Assembly (NCBI GenBank): GCA_045837725.1
Contig: JBEWZL010000079.1
Location: forward strand, 1-64,000
Direction: 5' to 3'
Source: Vermamoeba vermiformis
Lineage: Eukaryota
DNA: 64,000 nt
Shown piece by piece: positions 52,662 through 64,000 of the stretch. The notes beneath the pieces are model-generated. The model saw only the letters and a list, made by a program, of their open reading frames with translations. It made no database searches and was not told the DNA's origin. Position 1 is the stretch's first letter. Each line of letters starts with the position of its first letter. Position numbers and translations under genes: made by a program.

Positions 52662-54266
52662 TTAATTTTCATTCAGCAGTGCTTCGCTTTTGCTCTTCAA
52701 TTCGTCCTCGTTTGTGATTACTGGTGCATCCAAAAGTTTGTCTTGAATGAACTTCATCGGCAAGAAGTTGAAGCCCATTTTTTGATAATTAATTGGGTCT
52801 GCTATAATCCTCGATGCGTTTTGCCATTTTTGAACGTCGATTACATTCGGTCGAACGGGTCCTGAGCTCTCGTACAGATTTCGCAGCAAAAATCCATAAA
52901 GTGCTAAATTAATCCTATTAGAACTATATTACTTAATATAGATAGTATTCGTACGTAAGTAAGGAATAATAGGCGGATATAAGTTTTCTACAAGCTCCAA
53001 ATGTTCGCGACCTTCATTTTCAACGATTTGTTTGTATCGTTTTTCCAGCACTGCGTAATCGACTCTAATATCCTAAAACAAGATTAGTATGTTAATTTGA
53101 AATTTAATGATTAATTTAGGTGCCTACTTTCTCTTTTAACTTCACGAAGGGGTGGATGTACTTTGAAGTTAGTGCATCCATAATTGATTTGAATCCAACA
53201 AAGTTATTGAACTCAAATATTTGTCTCGCTACTTTAATAAACTTCGTCGTGTATTTAAGTCGTTCTTCAGTGGTGTTGCCGTTCAAAATGTATGACACTA
53301 TGACACGTGTCACATGCGTGCAATATTTGTGCCATTCAGCGCACTCCACTTCAAATGTAGATATGCCTAACATTAGTATTTGGTGCGGAGAAACATGTTC
53401 AAAGAAATGTCCGTCCATTAGAGTCATTTGTCGGGCTATTTCCAAGTACGGCAACTCGAACAATTTCTTATTAGCGTGTGTAGCTTCATCGACAAGTACT
53501 GAAGGGAAAGGAATTGATGTTGGAATAAATTTTCTATCTACTTTCTCTACCGCCTAAATTCAAAGATTAAAAAAATTATTATTATCCGAAAAAAATGTCC
53601 GATTCAGATCTGCTCCTGCTACAGCCAAGAACTTTTTACGTACTATTCGAAGAGCTTGCTTTAAGTGATGTATGGCCGAGTCAAATTTATTTATAGGAAT
53701 TGTCCCCAATTCTGCAATTAAATCTTCGAGCTGAATCACCAAAGACGGATCTCGGGATAAATCGTGCCACCCAATCGTTAAAAGCCATCGTCGTAATAAT
53801 GATCCTAATCTATAATTATCCAATAGCGTTAGTTAGTAATTAATAAACGAATATACCGCAGTATACTTGATATAAATCGCCCCGAATTCGAGATCTGACA
53901 GCTCTTGCGCGGCTCTGAACGTATTTCAAATTAAAGAAAACAAATAATAATATTTGAATATATTTATGCTATTTTTTGAAGGATATCTATTGCGGAACTG
54001 TTCCATTAATTCAGATCCGGATGTAAACATTGTGTAGGTCGTTAGGAACCGGTCCACCATATAAACGTCTATAAATAAATTAGTAAAATATTATATTATT
54101 ATCTGTAACGTATTTTATCGAAATTAAGGGAAAAAAAAGTTGGAATGTCAAACAGATCAAAGAAGAAAATCGTAAATTAATTACCCCATCGTGAAGTAAT
54201 CCGCTTTACTAATTGCGGCAGCGTTAGAAATCTATCTTCTTCGGCTAGAACGAACGGTTGTTGCAT
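52662..54266 (-). CDS. RasGEF (REM + CDC25 domain)
   Basis: TLPQLVKRIT, FLTTYTMF, EIARQMTLMD, FIKVARQ..FNNF, PPIIPY. Confidence 0.8.
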
Positions 54267-54407
54267 TGTGGTGAAATTCACTCGAAAAGATTTTGCACTA
54301 ATTTTTTGCAACAACACAGGCGTTTCAATTTCTTCCTTTTTCGGAGTAGCTCCGTAACATACCAAGCTCTTACTATATTGCATACATTCGTATTCTATAA
54401 AGCACTC

Positions 54408-55875
54408 TTAACGTATTGAATTTAACAACCAAGATCCGTGGCTGGATAAGCAATCGGATCCAAACCACAAAATTATCGTATTAACAATATTTTACTCCTA
54501 TTTACAATTATTACAATGCATATTACCCGTAATTGCGTAGTTTTTCGCCTTCAGCCTGCACAAACGCCTCATCAATGTCATCTTGCGAGAATTCTTTTCC
54601 TTTGAATTCTTCCAAGTCAATTTCTCCGTCTTCAAAGCTTTTAATAATTCTAGGAACTTCTTTCTCGATAAAATAGAACGGCAATGACTGGTACATGGAC
54701 GGACAAATCACGGTATAATCCAACACTATCTTGTTAATGTCCTTATATAATATTGCTGCCGTTTTTAATGCGTTTTCCCATAATGCCTCACGTTCTCTTC
54801 GTAAAATTTCTAATTGACGATTGTATTCTGCCTGTAATTGCGCCTGAAAAATAAAAAAAAATTAATAAAAATTCCTCTATGGTTCATGAAACACTAATAT
54901 AACATAAAATAACATAATAGTATTAGTATATTATTTTTTGGACTAATTACCTCAAATTTCTTGCGCTGTTCAGGAAAGAAGTTGTTGAAAATGTAGTTTG
55001 CTATCTTACTCTCAAAGCGATTTGCGTCGCTGAAATCTGGCTTAGGCAATGGCTCGTGAATATCCCTATTTAGTAAAACGGTTAATTATTGCTTTAAAAC
55101 GCGAGATCCAAATCCGATCGAAAAAACTTTCGGACATTTGTTAACTTGGGAATTAAAATATTATTGGCTTACTTTAAGAAGCAAAAATAATATGTTTGCT
55201 TGAGCATGCCACGAGTAATGCGTAATTCAGTTAAAATGTGGTTTTTCATTCGGATCCACATTGGCACGTATCTACAATTAATAAAATTAATACTAGGACT
55301 GTCTTACTATAAATATGATAAGACATACCCTCTACGAGCCATAAAATCCTCTTGAAAGTTTTTTGAGCCCATCCGTTTAGATTTGACGTACGCTGAGCTT
55401 GATGCGCTTGGCTTTCCACTTGGTTTTGTGCCAAGCAATACATAATCATCTTCGTCATCCATATCTTGCAAATATGCTAATTTCTCGCCTATTAATTGCC
55501 ATTAAAATTCAAGAAGGTGACCAGATACAGTTGACAATTTAGAAAAAAACAATAAAAAATTTAAAACAAAAGCCAATAATTATATTGCTCGTGCAAATTT
55601 TTCGCATATCAACGACAGTAATTTTAGTATAATTATTTCTACGAACCTTGCTTTGCTGGCGGATTTCTTTTCAGACCTTCTCGAATAATCAGATCTATTT
55701 GCTTCTGGCGCGTTAAAATAGTCGCAACGCCCATAATATTAATATTATCTACATTATGTACAACTGTTCTTCTTCTGATTGTCGGAAATAACGACGGAGA
55801 TCGCGCCAATGATCCGTTCTTTTGGATTTTGCTTACAAATGAGTTCACGCCACGAAAGACAGCTGTTCTGTTCAT
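54408..55875 (-). CDS. Hypothetical protein with mitochondrial-presequence-like N-terminus
   Basis: Arg/Ser-rich start MNRTAVFRGVNSFVSK; exons joined by GT-AG introns; coiled-coil segment. Confidence 0.5.
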
Positions 55876-56316
55876 TGCAAATACCACGACAATACTGACA
55901 TAAATATTGTTGCTGAAATCATTGTGGTCGCGCAGCCATGACGCACAAAAAAATGGATGTTAATCGCGCGACCTTTTCAAAGAGAGAAATGGAGAGTTAG
56001 CTACCTCGTATAAGTGAGATCAAAATGCAATAGGTAAAGGTACTGTAGGCTCAACCGCTGCTAGAGGTTTAAATCAGTCTACATCCGGTTGATCTCCGAT
56101 CGGCACTGATGATGATTAAGCAACGTAACCGATTTATCGAAGAACAATTTTTTAATGTTGTCGTTAACCTCTAAAGACATACTCATGCCCATACTCAACT
56201 GAATCTCCAACAATCTCGTATGACATCGACGGTCATACTTGACAAAAATAGAAAATATAAAATGATTTCAACGGCTAAACTTTCAATTATACTCAAGAGT
56301 GACAAGTAAACGCAAC

Positions 56317-58107
56317 ATGAAGTTAATTGTTATCTTTTTAGCTGCCGTACTCGCGGCAGTTTCGGCAGTGGATTACGACGGCTATGCTGTTATGCCTTAC
56401 TGCTTTAATGTGACCAACGGCCAATTTAATCTGGATGGTGAGGTGGTTCAATTCGCTGCCTTGCAAATTTGGGGACTCAACAACGCTGTTTTTGTCAACG
56501 GCATGAACCTAGGTAAATATTCTGACTTAACGGATTTACAAATTAAATAAATTTTGCATTTTTTTTAACGACAAAACATATAGGGTTGGATAGCAACGCT
56601 TACTGGGCTCATGACATGCAAAGAAACGCATCGTTTTTGCTAGCGGATGGCACCACTACCAACGGCACTCTCAATCCCTTCCTCTACAAAGCTGCCTACT
56701 GGGACTTTGGCATAGCAGGAGATGTATTCTACACGTACGGACTTGGAGATGGAACTTGGGACACGGTCGATCTGGCCATGGCTTTCGCTTTCAATCAAAC
56801 GAATCTGAAAGTGGACAACACTAGCAACTTGAACATTTACTGCCACCCTAATGGTGTTGAAGTACATAACGACAATACTCTTAACGACCTAGAAGTCGTG
56901 CAGCACTTCTATGCGGCTAAGTGTAAGCATCCAAAAATAGATCGGTATATTGATTGAATTTAACTTACCGAAAATAATAGGGAAATATGACAGTTGGGGA
57001 CGCGTAGTTGCAGTCGTCACTAATCCTACCAACGCTGATATTTCCGTCAAACTCGGTTTCAATAACAACGCTGGTGCGGATGGCGATACCCAGTACCTCG
57101 TTAAGAACTCTCGCTATCTCGTACTGTAAGTATAATACCTAATTATATGACGCTATTATTACTGAAATTAAAGATAATAATCTCGGCTAGTTCCCGAAAA
57201 CAGTGATCCAATTTAATTTCTTTTCTTGGCGGTAAAAAGAACTGTTAGTGATTACTTACGATCGAATTTTATATAGAGCTGATGCTGCGAACGATACTGC
57301 GCTTCAATCATATAACCAAGGCTTTGGCGACAACCCAATCTCGCTGCATTGGCTGAGCAAAGACACCACGTACCCCGCGCCAACATTGGCAGACAAACCT
57401 TTGGGCAGTCTTGAAGATGTGAACGTGTACTGGGACGTGACGATCAAGGCCGGTGAAACGCAGTCGTTCATGATGATCTTGGTCCAAAACAGATTAGTCC
57501 TGCAAGAAACTTTTGACAACGCGACTTACATTGACTCTAACCCAATGAAGATCTACGACAGTAAGTTCCAATACCGATATTACTTAATATGTAAAGTCTA
57601 GCCGTCACTCTCATCGTGATATGCCATATATCAATATATGCAGCGATGATGTATCTCATTGGATCTGACGTAAAGTGCTCGTCAGACCACATTTTTTCAC
57701 GGCTGAATGAATGAGTTCTAACGAACAATTTCTTCGCAGGCTTATCCTCAGATGTGTTATCTACTCTTAAGAACTTCAACGCATGTGCAGCCACAGCACC
57801 AACAGTGACAGTGACCCAGACTTCATCGTGCACCGTTGCAGGAGGCTCAGCATCACTCACCATCACTGACTACGACCTGTCCTTCGGTCTCGTGCTCATT
57901 GATAGCACTGGCGCGCAGCACAATGTTGTCAACAACGTCGTGTCTGCACCTGAAGGCGACTACAGCATTGTCGTGCAGCTCTTCTCGGGCTGTGAACCTG
58001 AGCTTCACTCGGGTTCTGTCTCGTGCCCTGCTAAAACTAGCTCGTCATCTCGTTATGGAGTCGCCGCTATTTTGATGCTGGCGCTTTCGTTTGTCTGGTT
58101 ATTTTAA
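56317..58107 (+). CDS. Secreted or GPI-anchored surface glycoprotein
   Basis: Signal MKLIVIFLAAVLAAVSA, many NxT/S sites, Ser-rich spacer and hydrophobic C-terminus. Confidence 0.75.
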
Positions 58108-59177
58108 TCAATTAAATATAAAAAATAAGGAAATTATTAGAAAAATGAGGATTGTCTGATTAGCCATTACACTTGCCTTGCGCATTATATTTCATCGTTG
58201 ATATAATTAATGGAATACAAATCGTGCTTTGTATCCTTCGTCTCGTGTGTTAGCGAAATGAAACTGAGGGTAAACTAGTCCGGCATTCTTTTCTGCAATA
58301 CTTCAAGTGCACAACACCTAACAGCGTTAATTTGTTTGCAAAGTAGACGAGCGAAATTTATTGCAGGTATGCGTGGATCAATCTCACAAATGGCGCGCAG
58401 TCTCGAAAAGCTTCCGTAAATTGGTTTTTTCCGCAATTCCAGCGTATAAAAATCCGAGATGAATTACAACGGTAGATAGCATTTTTTTTCTAATTTTGTA
58501 TTTGAGATGCGTGTGCACATCTGAAAGCTGAAGCACAAGTTTTGATTTAGCTGCTTACCACTTTGTAATTTTTTTAATAGTGCATCTAATCGTTTTTTCA
58601 ACAGAGCTCTTGAGACGCTTTTCGAGCAGATGCCGTCAAAACATGCTACAGATCATAGGAATTGCAGCCAATTAAGGTATTTTGGTAAATCAACATGGTT
58701 TAACACGATAAATGAAAGATATTGTCATTTAAACGCCTCAGGAATCCTATTCCTTATTTGGCAAAATGCCCGACGTCCGATGATAACGTCTAACGATTTA
58801 AACAACATCAACTGCGTTAGTAGTCTACTTACCCTTATGTTATTATATTAAGAAATGGCTTCCAGTGTACATAGCGTACTCGAGCGAAGAAGAGCGCATA
58901 ACATAATGAAATTCCAAGTTAAATTTCGGAGTAATAACCATAAAAGGTACTTAGCGCAAGCATAAATCGTATCAACTGATAATTTATATATAATTTAGTA
59001 CTGATTGATACCGATAACACCATTTGAAGGAGCTGAAATTCAACGTAAGTTTTAACTTTAAACATTCTGTCGGATCCTGGCAGTTGCCTTATCAAACAGG
59101 ATATTGCCATCTCTTAGTATTTTATATCAAGAAACAGCTACCGCAGAATAATTTAATAATTGCTATCTGATAGTGGA

Positions 59178-61151
59178 ATGGGAGTCGCAGACAAATTAAA
59201 ACAAGTCAAGCCCTGGATGTGGGGAGTTGGCGCAGCAGGAGTAGCCGTCATAGTTATCGTCATCGTAGTTCCTGTCGTAGTCATAGGCCAGCAGCAGCAA
59301 CAAGGCAGTTCTGGCTCTTGGACCGATCCACTGACCAACACCAACGGCGAGATCAATTGGGATTGGTATCGCTACGTAGCCGAAAACTACAACACTAAGA
59401 ACATAACAGACTGGAGGTTTGGTCCAAAATACTCGAACTTTCATTCCGAATCCGAATCCTTTCCGACAGTCTATCAACCTTACCCCGATGGCCTCGTAGC
59501 GGTCAATACGCAACATAATTGGTGCCGCGTTGAGCCCGGCGAGGATGGAGACCCTGGCGCAGGTTGGATAACTTCAGGCCAGATGCTTTTTATTCCCGAC
59601 GAATCTGCGGATGGAGACTTCAAGTACGGCTGTTCGAATATGCGAAACTCCGATGGTGCTATTTCATTCACAGACGACGGCCTTTGCATGAGAATCCGTT
59701 CAGAGTGGCGAGCTGATTGGTGGAATAGAAATGCTATCAGCGTTCCCGGAACACCTGCAGTAGCACAATACGCCAACATCAGCAACGGTCAGTTGGCTAT
59801 TCCACCCGTGGCAATTGCACGTGGTGCCGGAGGTGCCTCCGTGACCGGATTCATCGCATTTAAAAACGGTTTGATTGGCGCTGCTGGTACCGGCAATGAC
59901 GGATATACCGCTGAAGACTTCAATTCTTTGACGGCCCAACTCGATGCGAACAAGTATCCAACAGCCATGGTAGTCACAAACAACAACGAATTTGTCTTTG
60001 TAACCACGTGGGACCCTCAAGAACGCAAGGGACAGATCGCAGTCTTGGCTGTGAAGAACCGACAAAATGCCCAAGAAACTCGATTCTATTGGGGATTTCC
60101 AGGCTGGATTATCATCCGTGGCGTTAAGCTTCTCGGCTACATCGATCTTCCATTCGCTGCGCCGCTCTCTATCGATGTCACGGTCAGTACAGTCCTTGGC
60201 AACACCCGAGGATTCGGCACCAACGTAGATACTGGCGATTTTTCCGTGCAAGCCAACCGGGACTTGTGGTTCAATCGCACGTGGACAGATGTCAATAATG
60301 ACAAGTGGAAGCAAACAGCGCAATCTGGCTACGTTATTGTGGCCTCACGTGCTGAAAACAAAGTCGCGTTTGTGGACCTCAGACCGCTGCTTCAATATTA
60401 CCGCAAGATGTACTTAACTACTCAAGAAAACTACGATCAAACAACAAACGAAGGCTCAGCTGAAAATCAATGGCCGTTCAGTTTCAAATATGCACCGGAA
60501 CAAGTCCCCGTCGTCGTGAAAGTTCTTGACATTGAAGAGCCAACAGCTGTTTCGACGGGCACTTGGTGGAACACGCCGACCGTGCCCCGGTCTGAAAGTA
60601 AGCACGAACAACAGCTGCCGCTAATGACAGCTTATATTGCTTCAATGGACGGCACTGTGCGCATGTACAACGTCACAAGTTTGATCATTCCTGATGCCCC
60701 AGCGGATGTACCCGACGAGCCGTGGAACACATTCCAAGTCGGAAAAAATCCTACGCAGATCTTCCACGGATTTTTCAGCACTGCCAACGATGACTTGCAG
60801 ATTGTGTGTCGTGGCGATCGATCGATCTATTACGTCTTTTACAACGGAACAATTACGGAGGTGCTCCGAGACTCGAGAATTCAAGATCCGGTCAATGTAT
60901 TCGTGTCAATCAATTACGCTGGATACGGCGGTAGAGGTCCAGGCAAAGCTATTTACTCCTTCGTTATGTCCGTGATGGATTTTGAAGGCAAACAAGTGCT
61001 CGCGTACATGGTGAATGATTTGCGAAACAACAATGGCGAGTCGGTTAACTACACTAATCCGAATACTGGCGAAGAATTGAAGTACATGTTCGGCTGGGCT
61101 AATCCAACCAAGGGTTATCCATTTATGGCCAACGCTGATGAGGTCATTTAA
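59178..61151 (+). CDS. Intronless type II membrane protein with a large beta-rich ectodomain
   Basis: ~657-aa uninterrupted ORF with N-terminal TM helix and propeller-like segments (PTAMVVTNNNEFVFVTTWD, VASRAENKVAFVDL, FQVGKNPT). Confidence 0.8.
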   Translation: MGVADKLKQVKPWMWGVGAAGVAVIVIVIVVPVVVIGQQQQQGSSGSWTDPLTNTNGEINWDWYRYVAENYNTKNITDWRFGPKYSNFHSESESFPTVYQPYPDGLVAVNTQHNWCRVEPGEDGDPGAGWITSGQMLFIPDESADGDFKYGCSNMRNSDGAISFTDDGLCMRIRSEWRADWWNRNAISVPGTPAVAQYANISNGQLAIPPVAIARGAGGASVTGFIAFKNGLIGAAGTGNDGYTAEDFNSLTAQLDANKYPTAMVVTNNNEFVFVTTWDPQERKGQIAVLAVKNRQNAQETRFYWGFPGWIIIRGVKLLGYIDLPFAAPLSIDVTVSTVLGNTRGFGTNVDTGDFSVQANRDLWFNRTWTDVNNDKWKQTAQSGYVIVASRAENKVAFVDLRPLLQYYRKMYLTTQENYDQTTNEGSAENQWPFSFKYAPEQVPVVVKVLDIEEPTAVSTGTWWNTPTVPRSESKHEQQLPLMTAYIASMDGTVRMYNVTSLIIPDAPADVPDEPWNTFQVGKNPTQIFHGFFSTANDDLQIVCRGDRSIYYVFYNGTITEVLRDSRIQDPVNVFVSINYAGYGGRGPGKAIYSFVMSVMDFEGKQVLAYMVNDLRNNNGESVNYTNPNTGEELKYMFGWANPTKGYPFMANADEVI

Positions 61152-61248
61152 AAGTTTGTCAAATAAATTAGTAAATTAGAGTTACCCCAAAACGAGCACT
61201 TTTATTCTAACCTAACAATCACTAATCTATCACTAACTAGTAAAAATC

Positions 61249-64000
61249 TTAAAGCAAAGCAAGAGCAATAAACACCAACGTGACAGCACTGATCCAAGTG
61301 ACTTCCGATGCTGCAACTGAGACAGCCAAACTACCATCTTCGTGAGAAGAATTATCGACAATAATATCACCAGTAGCAGATCCAGGCAAGGTCAAAGCAA
61401 TTGGCGTGTTAGAATAACTGGCTGGTGGCAGAGTCAACACGTTAGTGCTCGATGGTTGAACGACATTTGACATTGGTGACATGTTTGACGCGTCATCGAA
61501 CGAGAACAACGCAATGTATGTCGGAGCTGTCGCGTTTGAATCAAAGTAGAAGTATTGATAATTTCCTAATTAAGCCGTTGATTAGATTTAATCTCGAAAA
61601 AACCCTACTTCGTACCGTTGCGATAGAAAGGTCCTTGGCCGAATGGAACTCCGACAGCTGATGCCGCCCACCAGTTGCACACAGATTGATTGAAATTAGC
61701 CTTTGGTACTATCGGACGAGCACAATGGACGGCATGATAACGCACTGAATTACGAAGTTAACACCAAAAGTTCAATCATTAATCAAGTCCTATCGTACCT
61801 GCAGTAGCCACAGGAGTCCATCTAAACACCACTCGTGTATCACCTACTTTGCGATACGCAACGAGATCCGTGACTTTATTGGGCGGTTTTTTGTCGTCAC
61901 GAGTGTGGTTTTTCACGCGAATGAAGAGTCTAGATAATATATATTTAGTTTGCTATATAATGCATTCATAATTATGAATATTACCTATTCTCGAACTGTC
62001 CGGTCCATTTTCTGAATTCTCCCCAAGGTCTATCACCGCCATTCAAACCAGCTCGGACGTACTAATGAAATGTTACCACTATAAGCAGACACAATAGCAC
62101 TATATATACTTACGTTGATGGTATGGTTAATGAACCAGTCGTGGCCAGTGATCAAGTACACGAACATTTCTGGGTCAACCAAAGTCAACGCTGTATTGGC
62201 CGAAGTTGAATTCGGATACTGTCCGCGATTTCTATAATCAGGGAATTGACCGTAATTGTAGTTCCAATCAGCCAAGCCGTACAAATGGTTGAACGCTTCA
62301 GCCATGTATTGAGCGTAGGTGTCATTTGTTGTTGCACCGTACAAAAGCTCTAATTAAAACAAAACGATAAGTCAATATAACATATAATCAAACGGCTATA
62401 GATTGGTACAAAAGGTGTAAATGTCAAAATGTCACTTGTCAAAAGTGTCAAAAGTGTCAATTTTACGGTCATACCGCTCCAATAGTTAGCGTTCCATCGC
62501 ATGAGGTATCCAGTTTGATAACCAGCAGTAGTTGAGTCACCGTAATACGGATTAGTTGTAGGCACGACGTAGTTGCGGAAATAGATCGCCATTTGATTGA
62601 TGATGCGCAAGTCACCTGTTGCTTTGAACGCTGACAACGCATGATTCAAGGCATGACCCATCCCTCGGTGGCTCACTAATGAATAGCGTTAGAAATTGGT
62701 CTATTTTTCATTGCACGTACTGTCAGGAACAGGGTCTTTTTGGTGCAATCTGACTTGTCTGAACTGCGCGACAAATTTCATCCAGTCTTTGTACCACAAG
62801 TTGCCAGTCAGATAGTAGGCCTCGTCAACATGGTAAAACCATGCTGTATAATAAAGTTAGTCTTGTTAGCAAAACTATATAGGCCCTACCATGCTCGTCA
62901 TCTCTCGCGTCATAGATTCGGAGGGTGCCGTTGAAAATGGGTGCTGTCACCACCGGAACTACGTCCGCAGGCTATGAAAAATAAAGATTATCATTTAAGC
63001 TAGGACGTGTTCACACTTACACCGAGAAACTGTCTCCAATTGCCTTCACAGTAGCCATTTTCAGTTAACTTCACTGCAGGAAAATCCTTGAAATAGTCGT
63101 AATGAGCAAGCCTTTAGAATTGTTGGAACAATATACACGGGTGATTTTTTATGACTTACCATTGAGGACGAAGATTCAGCTCACCAATAATGTAATTTCT
63201 TGCCATGAAGTAGTCTGCGGGATCTTCCGAAGCGATCACATTAGCAGCCGCATCGGGCCAACTACCAGGAACGCAGCTGTTAGCACGGTATATACCCTTA
63301 GGGTCTCCAAACGTAGACATGGTATGAAATTGCAAGTCGGGAGCATCCTTTCTCATGCGGATATCTGACATTAATTAGATGGAATTCCTAATTTTTCCGC
63401 GTGTCAAAAGTGTCACTTACTCGTAGGATTAGAAGGAGCGTCAATCGGCACAGCACCGCCCAGGTCCAATGTAGCTTTAGTCTGTGCATACCAGCTCGTG
63501 GGTACAATAGCAACAGGTGGGTTGTGGAACAGTTTGATGACGTTCGTAACGGACTCAGACGACACATTTGCATTGTGGAAGTATAAGAACGACTCCTTGT
63601 AGATGTGAGTCATGTCAGCTACGTAATAAAGACCAGAAGGGTTGAGACCCCATGGCTTGAAAATACTCGTCCACGTGGCTGAGCCCCTCGGGAACAGTTG
63701 CAGTGAAACTTTGTTGCCAGCCGCTTGCATAGCATTAGGCCATCGCTCCCAGAAATGACGGATAGTCGATGTGACGGCAACATTAGAGCTCGTGTCTTGA
63801 AGTGACAGCCAAACAAAGTTGCTTTGATTGTTCACGGACTTGACAACTGATTCGCCGTCGTATAAATCACCTTTCAACAGTCCACTTTGGAACAAGCGAA
63901 CATTAGGATAGCTTCCCACCTTCTCATATACGGATCTTTAAACAATCGTTAATGTAACGCTGGCGAGCACCACGAAATTTCACTACGTACTTGTCAGCCA
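61249..64000 (-). CDS. Multi-exon GPI-anchored protein resembling PcRGLX/YetA-type polysaccharide lyases; 5' end beyond the window
   Basis: IRHFWERWPNAM and VSLQLFP motifs, helical R.GH.L..L..A.KATGD segment, Ser/Thr linker and hydrophobic tail. Confidence 0.5.

Noticed and set aside
59196-60975. Overlapping antisense and alternative-frame ORFs here and over 14-3-3 and 16319-17764
   Set aside because: Shadow ORFs of real coding sequence with no motifs of their own.
1-64000. CRISPR arrays, rRNA, tRNA or prokaryotic operons
   Set aside because: None seen; the sequence has spliceosomal introns throughout.

Overview
Gene-dense, AT-rich nuclear DNA from a unicellular eukaryote (probably an amoebozoan-like protist; this is inference). 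Most genes are split by short (~35-100 nt) GT...AG introns, so the ORF track shows only fragments. The main finding is a 7,905-bp piggyBac-like DNA transposon (18098-26002) with CCCTTT...AAAGGG ends and an ATAT target-site duplication. It sits in exon 1 of a lectin-like gene, and removing it restores the reading frame. After manual splicing it encodes (i) one ~1,100-aa ORF fusing a USP-type deubiquitinase, a chromodomain and an intact DDD piggyBac transposase, and (ii) a second gene with an AlkB/ALKBH2-3-like 2OG-Fe(II) dioxygenase domain. It also carries (iii) a ~450-bp hairpin-dense non-coding tract. Together these suggest a transposon with its own chromatin or anti-silencing toolkit. The rest of the window holds an inverted-duplicated pair of F-box-like genes, a GPI-EtNP-transferase-like gene, a Rho GTPase, an SDR, tandem L-type lectins, PPR, MFS, 14-3-3, CBS, MMACHC, LRR-patatin, WD40, F-box and RasGEF genes, several bacterial-looking surface proteins, and over-represented palindromic motifs. 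All exon structures and domain calls were made by eye.
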